Of a stretch of 64,000 nucleotides of DNA, positions 9,201 to 18,200 are shown one piece after another (position 1 is the first letter of the stretch; each line of letters begins with the position of its first letter). Below the pieces are notes generated by a model. The model saw only the letters and a list, made by a program, of their open reading frames with translations, did no database searches and was not told the DNA's origin. The stretch covers positions 620,001 to 684,000 of the forward strand of contig CATNEN010000029.1 in assembly GCA_950097015.1 (NCBI GenBank). The letters run 5' to 3'. Source of the stretch: Macrostomum hystrix (Eukaryota > Animalia > Platyhelminthes). The translations under genes and the position numbers were made by a program.

Positions 9201-12200
9201 CGCCTCTCCTTCTGCATGGCCTTGAACAGGCAGCCAGTCGGGTGAGACGTCTTGAACCGGATGCTGATGTCGTCGTGAAAGGTGTCCAAATTGTTTCCCG
9301 CCTTCTTAAAGCGAACTACAAGAAACTGCTCATTGCCGTCCACGGTTTTCAGTGGGGCAGCTGGAATGGATAGAGAAATGATACGCTCGTAGCATGAAAT
9401 TATATAAGTATTCTTTATCTGTCCACATCTCTACCGACCTGCCTACTTCTTTACTGGTCTATTATCTACCCCTCCACTAGTTCATTTATTTTTTATCACA
9501 CTATCTACTTCTATATCGACAGATCCATCTCTCTGCCGACCCATCTACCTCTCTACGCACCAATCTTCTTCTCTACTGACCTATGTACCTCGCTACTGAC
9601 CTATCTACCTCTTTACCGATCATCAACCTATCTACCGATCCATCTTCCTCTCTGCCGACTTATCTACCTCTCTACTGACCTATTTACCTTTCTACTGACC
9701 TATCTACCTTGCTTTGAACAAAATACTCCAAGTAGGTGACAAGTGATGGCAACGGGCAGGTGTCACACCAAGCGCTTTACGATAACTAGATAAAGCTTAC
9801 ACTCGCTGCAGGGCGCGCCCAGAAACGAGAATTCAACATCGTCTGAAGTCTTCCGCGTGTACTGCGTACTCCGACAGTCGCAGAAGAAGTTCAAAGTCGT
9901 TGCCGAACTCCTGCTAGAGTTGATCAGAATGATCAGATCCGGGTTCTCACTGAACAGGTGATTGTGCTGCCACCGGTTTGAGCAGGTCTGAGCAGACGTG
10001 GCTCGCTCGTTGAGTGGAAAGCAAAGGTCTACCTGGCGGCCGGAGTGCCGATTCTGCACCAATTCATTGCAGGGCAGGTAGCGCGGCAGGTGGCAGCCGA
10101 CCTTGCGGCCGACGGCGTTCGACTGGTGCATCACCAGACTGCACAATTGGGGCAGTTTTTGCCAAAGAAAATTAAAAAGCTTCCTACTTTATACTTCGTA
10201 GGTCCCGAGTTCGAATCCCAGCCCAAGGAAAGCAACTTTGTCTTTAACAGTAGAACTACTAAGGGGAATTACGCCCTGAAATTTTGTGCCGCACCCGAAC
10301 GTTGCAAGCACACGAAACTCAAGAACACGGGCCAAATTTTTGTTACGCATCTTCTGAAACGAGTATCAAATCGCCAGCTCTTCAGACCGTCGAGATATTC
10401 AATGGTTCTAGCCGAAGGTCTGATTTTTTCCATAAGCGCTAGTGTATTTCATACACCCCTATACACGAATTAGCACTGCGCCTCAGTGCGGCCTTGCCAG
10501 GCCTTCAAAATTTATCAGCATGTCACCCGAATGTGCCTGCATCATCTCCGTCATCGGTGGTTACCTACCTTTATCTAGACGGATTTGCTAGACCTTCAAG
10601 GGCTACAACAGGTGGAAATAGGCCACTATGGACACCCTGACGCGAATTTCTTCAATTTCACAGATCAAGCCAAAATATTAGGCGCAGCTCAACCACAGGA
10701 CACCATCACCATCGTCTGTCAGCCAATCAGTCACCATCCAACGCTGTTAGCATTCAGGCACTGCCAAAAAAATTTCAGGGGGGAGGAGAAATCCTCTTGC
10801 CGCCCTTGGTATAAAAACGGGCGGCAAAATGGCTTGGTAGTCCTACTGTCAAGCAAGACACTGAATTTCCCGCTCACCCACGTGTTTATAGTTGCGACTG
10901 TGCCACTGGCTCAACTGGTTAAGGTAACCCATATAAATAATAATTATTATTGCGCCTGTAGGTAGTGGCACATCATTTGGTGACACTTGGAGATTGGCCC
11001 TCAAGGGCGTAAATTGCACGACAAGCTCCCAAGCCTTCTCTCCGCGGCTGTGCCCCAAATGAATGTGGCCTCGCCGCGGAATCTTGGTGCGAGAGGCAAA
11101 CGCGTTATCCACTCTGCCACTCACCCCCTGAGGTGACCCATATAATTCTTCATCCCAAGTACTGCTTGATCGGAAATCACAGAAAGATATGTTGCTCACT
11201 TTTCTTTCTGAATGTAGTACCACTGCGAGCCCTCCAAGCTGCCGGACCGAATGTAGTTAATGCAGCCGTAGAATTTCACCCGCGACCAGCACAGGAACGG
11301 CAGGCGGCCCTCGGTGTCGAAGCCGACGTAGGTGTAGGTGTTGAACTGCCAGTCGTGGCGCAGCAGGCTCATTTCGCCCAGGCTCTTCCTCTCGCCGTCG
11401 AGCATCACGGCCGGCTCGCGGCCGTCAACCCACAGGCGTACAATGTGCGGATTCATGTCGTTGACGTTGGCACCTTCGCGGCTAAGCCGGTGCCTGTAGC
11501 GATTGTCCGTCACTATGCCGACCACCGGAGGGCCCGCGACGAAGTAAAGGACGCCGTCGAAGATTTCCAGCAGTAGGAAGCAGGAGACGGGCTTCTTGGA
11601 TGGAGATCGATTGGATCCGTCGTATCCCCTGGATACGGATGCGTTTGGACACAGAAGCTTGGTTTCAGTCACGATATCACCATAGCAACCTAACACAGAA
11701 CACCATAGCAACATACCAAAGAACACCATAGCAACCTACCACAGAACACCATAGCAACCTACCACAGAACACCATAGCAACCTACCACAGAACACCATAG
11801 CAACCTACCACAGAACACCATAGCAACCTACCACAGAACACCATAGCAACCTACCACAGAACACCATAGCAACCTACCACAGAACAAGAAAAAAGCTTCC
11901 CCCAGATAAACAGAGCAATCTTCCCCAGCGGAAAACGAGGCGGCCTCCCAAAACCCGCCTTCGAGACAACTCACGCATAGAACAGAACGCCGCGCGGCTC
12001 GTTTGTGAGAAATTCGATCTCAATTTTCCGACCGAGTCGGTCAAACGTGCCCATTGTGAGCTCGCTGCCTTCAACTGAGAAGGACGCCTTCTCCTGGGCG
12101 TTAATCTGCGGATCCGTTGGCGCCACTGGCCCTGTTGAAACCGGCGGGGGCGGCGGCGGCGGTGGAGGGGGTGGCAGCGTTGGTCGCGGAGTCGGCGGCG

Positions 12201-15200
12201 GCTCGTAGATCACCTGGACGCTGCCGGTGATGCTGAAAGGCACGCTGACTAGGCTTCGCGGCTTGCCAAGCTCTGCCAGCAGGTCGATCGGTCGGCCGTC
12301 AACTTGAACGACAGCGCCGGTGACGTCGCCAGTGAAAGCCGAAGTGACGGTGTGGTCGGGATGCTTGGCCAGGTTGACAGTGCCACTGTCTGGCACCAGC
12401 CAGAAGTTGTCCCGGTTGACGTTGTGGCCCTCAACCTGGTCGCCGTCGATGGTGACCTCGAGGCGGCCCTCGTTCTTTCTCACCAGCACGGAGTGCTGCT
12501 GGCCGTCATGCAGGATGTTGCGGGGCCGCACTGTGATCATGCCGCTCATCACGTGCTTGGCGTCAATGCCGATGTCCTGGATGTACTTGTACTCGATATG
12601 CAGCAGTCCGTCCTGTCAAGAAGGGATCGCAAATGGATTCATATTTCAGATCAATGTGTTAAATTGATCTACGAGTGGTGTCCAAAAAGTCGTGGGAATT
12701 TTAAATGTAGCTCATAGTCGGATTCAGACACACTGAATTCCTATACGTTTTATGAAAGCTCGTAATTAAGCTTGTTCTTTAACAGCTGAAAGTCGACGGG
12801 GTATTTCAAAAAGCCACATTTTTTCTGTATCTCCCAAAACATTCAACCAATCGCCATGAAAATGCATAATATGGACTAAACTTTTCCTCGATATCCGATT
12901 AAACAACTTCCAGAATCACAGAACAGCAGCATCGTCGAGATATTCAACGATTGTCGTCATCATGTAATCATGTCGGCTAATATTGTTACAATTTTGTATC
13001 GATTAAATTGTTATTAGTTGGTCGTGAAGGGCGGAATATTTATATCCATATGGTGGACTTTCACGAAAATCGGTAATCGTGAAGTAGGCAGTGGGATTTG
13101 AAATATTTCCAAGGGGAAAAATCTCGTGGTCTTTGTACCGCTAATTTTTCCACTCACTCTCAGGTAGATGGTGACATTGGCGTCACCGCGTCTGTTCGAA
13201 TACCACAGCAGGGCGTCTAGCTGCCTGGTCCTGAAGCGCAGATCCAGCTGCTGCTGAATGTTGTTGGGCACGCCGCTGAAGGAGTAGGCCACCTGGCCAT
13301 CTCTGCGGAAGGGAAAAAGGTCTCAGGCCCATGCAGTGTATGAAGCTTTTGGAAACGTGGGGGACGCCCAGCTAAGTCCAGCGGAAGTACGCGGCTAAAA
13401 ACTCACCGACCGATCCTCACTTCATCGATCCGTCTCAAAGGGGAGCCGCCAGGCCATGCCTCCTGGCTCTGGTAGGCTCCTGGCGACTTGGCCGGAGCTT
13501 CTTCGCCGAATCCTTCGCCTTTGACAACGAGCGCGTCTAGCAGTTGTCGGTTGAGAACACACGAGTACTTGGCATTCCACCAGACCATAGCGTTTCGAAT
13601 TGAGCGGTCGGCACTTAGCACGGTCGGTGACTCAGCAGTCGCCCGTTCGGCCAGTGTCCGAGCCAAATAAGCCGCAGTTGCCAGGGCGTTGTCAACGTAA
13701 ACAAATAGTCCAGCTTCGCGCTGCCAGCTGATTGTCAGGTTAAAAATTCGGCGCCTCGATGGTGACAGGCCCGAAGGTGGAATTGAGGTGCGCCACACCT
13801 GTTCCTCCTGGCCCACCGAGATCAGCAGGCCGCCGGATCGGACAGACATTGATAGGCTCGGCTGACCGCCGACAGACAGCACTGGACGCTCAGCGACAAG
13901 AATCGCCAGCGGCAGTTGCAGGTTCAGCGAGAAGCCTTCGCGACTGAGTCGGAAAGACGCAGCCTCTGCTTCGTCGCCAACACTGCGACGCAACGGCGGT
14001 ACTAGCAGACGAGCCGCTGTCAGTTCGCCTCGGCCCGCCTCCCATAGCTGCAGCTCGTCCATGTCGAATGCCGGCCACCTGCCACCGTCCTCGGCGTCAC
14101 CGTTACCGCCGACGTTGAGCACACCGGCAGCACCGACGCCTAATCCGGCGTGAATTGCCTCGGCTGACGCAGCCGAAGCTGCCAGCGAGCCGTTGACGAA
14201 TAGGCGCAGGCCGAGGCCGCCGCGCTGCCAAGTGAATTCCACGAGCTGCCAGGAGTTCAGTGCCAGAGCCGGCCCGTCGGTTCGGGCTAGCCAGGCCTCT
14301 TTAGCGTCGGCGTCCACTAGGCGAACAGCGAGGCGGCCGTCGGCGCCAGCCGACAAGTGGAAGGTTGGTGCCGAGAGAAGCGGCGCGCCGGATCCGGGCA
14401 GCGCGAGTGGGCGGAGCCAGGCGCGCAGGGTGAAGCCGCGGCCACACTTGGCCAGGTTGGCGAGGCAGGGTCGCTGCCCTGCCGTTGGCATCGGCAAACG
14501 GATCAGTGAGTCCGCCCGGCCGGGCAGTCGGAGGGCGCGCCCGAAGCCGGCTGGCAAGAGTCGGGCGCTGCCGGCCAGCTGGAAGCCGCCGCCAGGCAGG
14601 TCCGGGTGCGGCACCCAGGCGCCGTCGGCCGATTCGAAGGGCAGCACCAGGGCGCGGACTGTGGGGCGGGGCGCAAATGGGCAACGATCAGACTGGGAAA
14701 CTGTAAGGATGGGGTCATAGGGGAAGAATGGCAGGTGAGTGAGACAGGTTGGGGCGAAAAGGACAGGTTTGGGACAGACAGATAGGGGCCAAAGGGACAG
14801 GTTCGGACAGACAGGTAGGGAAAAAATGGACAGGTTTGTACAGACAGGTAGATGGAAATACGAATTTTGTGTTTCTTAGAAACTAGACGTTTAAAAACGG
14901 GCCTAAACGAGCAAACAAATTGTTGCGGCGATTTGACTTTTATAGCTTTAATAATGTTTAAGCTGGCGAGTTGATTTAAAACTTTCTGCCTTTACATAAT
15001 CTAGTTTCTAGGCATTGATTTTGAACTTCAATTGCTCATTTCGCAATATTAATTTTCTACTTTCCCTTCATCCGTGCCACTCCGCAGCTCCACTTTTATA
15101 TTTTCTTGCGTTCCCATTATTAGTTTTCCCCATTCCCATTCGGTCTGCGATGCAGGGAGATCGGAAACTGCCGAGAGGCTGCAAGAAGATAACTGCCTGC

Positions 15201-18200
15201 CAAAATGGTTTCGGCTTGTTGTTGGGGGAGAACTGCGAATCCTGCGATGGGTAGGGTAGGGATATCTATACTGGAGATACTGGAGAGGGAGAATGGCGAT
15301 GCTTCGATCCCTCCATTTAGCAGCAGGCGGAGCCCAGTGCCAATTAATTCCCCGAGCCAGAAAAATCCCACTCCACCATGCCAACGCAGTCCCCGCCCCG
15401 GCAAGAAGCACTCGGCCTGAAAGATGCCGACCAGAGCTTTCAGTCAGAATACCCCAGCGTCTCCCTGCCTATCCCTTCTCTCACCTTCGCTTCGCCGAAT
15501 TGTCTTCAACTTTGCAGTCTGTGCGCGGATTCTATTCTCATTTCTCGATAATTCACGCCCTAAATTAGCCTCTGTTTCGCCCCATAGGCATGTCTAATTA
15601 TTCTGCGTCAAAATATTTCTGGCCCGTGTTTGCCTACTGTGTGCAGATTGTAGCACTTAAGCTTTTATGCTTGAATTTCAGAGACTCCACACTGTTCCTA
15701 CCCGCTCTTGGTCATTCAGTAGATTCCTACCCGCTCTTGGTCATTCGGTAGGTTCCTACCCGCTCTTGGTCATTCGGTAGGTTCCTACCCGCTCTTGGTC
15801 ATTCAGTAGGTTCCTACCCGCTCTTGGTCATTCGGTAGGTTCCTACCCGCTCTTGGTCATTCGGTAGGTTCCTACCCGCTCTTGGTCATTCAGAAGGTTC
15901 CTACCCGCTCTTGGTCATTCAGAAGGTTCCTACCCGCTCTTGGTCATTCAGAAGGTTCCTACCCGCTCTTGGTCATTAAGAAGGTTCCTACCCGCTCTTG
16001 GTCATTCAGTAGATTCCTACCCGCTCTTGGTCATTCGGTAGGTTCCTACCCGCTCTTGGTCATTCAGTAGAATCCTACCCGCTCTTGGTCATTCAGAAGG
16101 TTCCTACCCGCTCTTGGTCATTCAGAAGGTTCCTACCCGCTCTTGGTCATTCAGAAGGTTCCTACCCGCTCTTGGTCATTAAGAAGGTTCCTACCCGCTC
16201 TTGGTCATTCAGTAGATTCCTACCCGCTCTTGGTCATTCGGTAGGTTCCTACCCGCTCTTGGTCATTCAGTAGAATCCTACCCGCTCTTGGTCATTCAGT
16301 GGAATCCTACCCGCTCTTGGTCATTCAGTAGAATCCTACCCGCTCTTGGTCATTCAGTAGAATCCTACCCGCTCTTGGTCATTCAGTAGAATCCTACCCG
16401 CTCTTGGTCATTAAGAAGGTTCCTACCCGCTCTTGGTCATTCGGTAGGTTCCTACCCGCTCTTGGTCATTCGGTAGGTTCCTACCCGCTCTTGGTCATTC
16501 GGTAGGTTCCTACCCGCTCTTGGTCATTCGGTAGGTTCCTACCCGCTCTTGGTCATTCGGTAGGTTCCTACCCGCTCTTGGTCATTCGGTAGGTTCCTAC
16601 CCGCTCTTGGTCATTCGGTAGGTTCTTACTCTTAGCTAAGTCATTCGATGTCTAAGTGTCCAGTGTCCTTGTCCTTCCTGTATTTTAAGTGACCTTAACC
16701 TTGCCACCGCCCCAGTCGTCAGGGACCTAAACGGAAGACGTTTCTTTCAAAGTTCTAATTAAAATCTACACGAACGGTCTATATGCATTTAGACAGTGAA
16801 CATGATGCAGAACGAGTTTCGTTGGTTGATGTGGCCAAGAAAATGAATAGGATTTTTGGCTGATCGCAGATCGCCTTCATGCAAAAGAGCATCGGCCAGT
16901 TTTTTTCAAACCCTGAATGTTCAGGGACTATATGCAAATCCCTGAAAAAAAAAGAATTAAAATCGTTTAAACGGGTCATGCAAACTAGTTTCTCGCTTTC
17001 TAATATTAATTCAATCATGAAACTATATAAACATAAAAAGATTGACAGCAGTCTGAACAATGAAAAACTGATTAGATGAACAATGTAATATTTGGATGGA
17101 TAAAGCAATATGCTGCAAACCCAATTAGCCTAAGGCTGGTAGGTTGCCAGGCAACCTACGGTCGGCAACAGATCCTGTGGGCTCTATGGCCTGATCGGCA
17201 AGCATTAAGCTTGTTGATTGAGAGCTGGTGGAATCGCTGACGGCTACAAATATTCAGGGCATTGTTAAGCTCATTAGCAAGAATTGTATGATTTTTTCAA
17301 TTAAAAAGACTCGTTCCTGAGTATATCTTTACTACTGAAAATGCTTCAAATACTACTGAAGTAGAAGGAAATCGCTGTTTAGAATTTCATTGGCTGGGTC
17401 AGGTCACGTGCTTGGGTGGAGGGAGTTGTTAACTAGCGGCTTCCCCCATTTTTTTTTCTAAAAATAGCATCAATTAACTTAAACCCGGCCTATCCGAATT
17501 TGAAGGCCTCTTTTAACTAACTGAACTACTTACATTTTAGCAGTCTACGGAAAGAAAACGCTGAAATTCATTTTCAAAGCTAAATTTATATTAAGCAAAG
17601 CGATTGAAAGCATCTAGGAAGGTAAATTACAAGTACAAACTCTATCACAGTCCGTTATGAATAAACTAAAAGTTACGATTTTATCAGAAAAGTGACATCG
17701 TTTAGGAATCGCTGTACTGGAAATTGACAGAAAAAAAGTATGAAAACAGCGAGTAGGTCATTAGGTAATTGTAAGGTAAACAACTGATATCAAACATAGT
17801 CGAACCAATAAATATGAAGTAGACTTTGCTGCCTGGTATGGATAAAGAGAAAGTCTAAATCCAAATCATTCTAATACTCGCACATATGACACATCGAAAG
17901 GCGAAACCCAAGCTAGTTACGCACTAAAAAGCAGACTACAGATTGTTTCCTAGAAAGACATCAGATAGAAGAAAAACAACACGTAATGAAACTTTTAAAG
18001 CACGAGCGTACAGTAAAGCTTATTTCTTTGAAAAAGCACTCTTACCCGGCTCTCCTGCGCCGTCCTCTGCCCGATCCTTCGCTCGACCTGCGGCTGAGAC
18101 GTGCAGCGAGTACACTGTGAACTTTTTACTATCGATCATGGGTGGATGCTCCACAGACCGGTCCAAGCCTAGAGTCCAGCCGTCCTTATAGAGGCCGTAG

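Noticed and set aside
11220-11221. Alternative donor TG|GTACTA for the LamG2 exon
   Set aside because: It is phase-compatible but weak and would add an unpaired Cys. The GTGAGC donor at 11199 fits better.
3512-14720. Long plus-strand and alternate-frame ORFs over the LamG/EGF exons (for example 5157-5723, 5727-6518, 5804-6736, 12304-12717)
   Set aside because: They are shadows of GC-rich coding exons and contain no recognisable domains.
15695-16627. CRISPR-like arrays (also 27330-27880, 28803-29288, 47588-48275)
   Set aside because: The units are head to tail with no unique spacers, there are no cas genes, and the context is eukaryotic.
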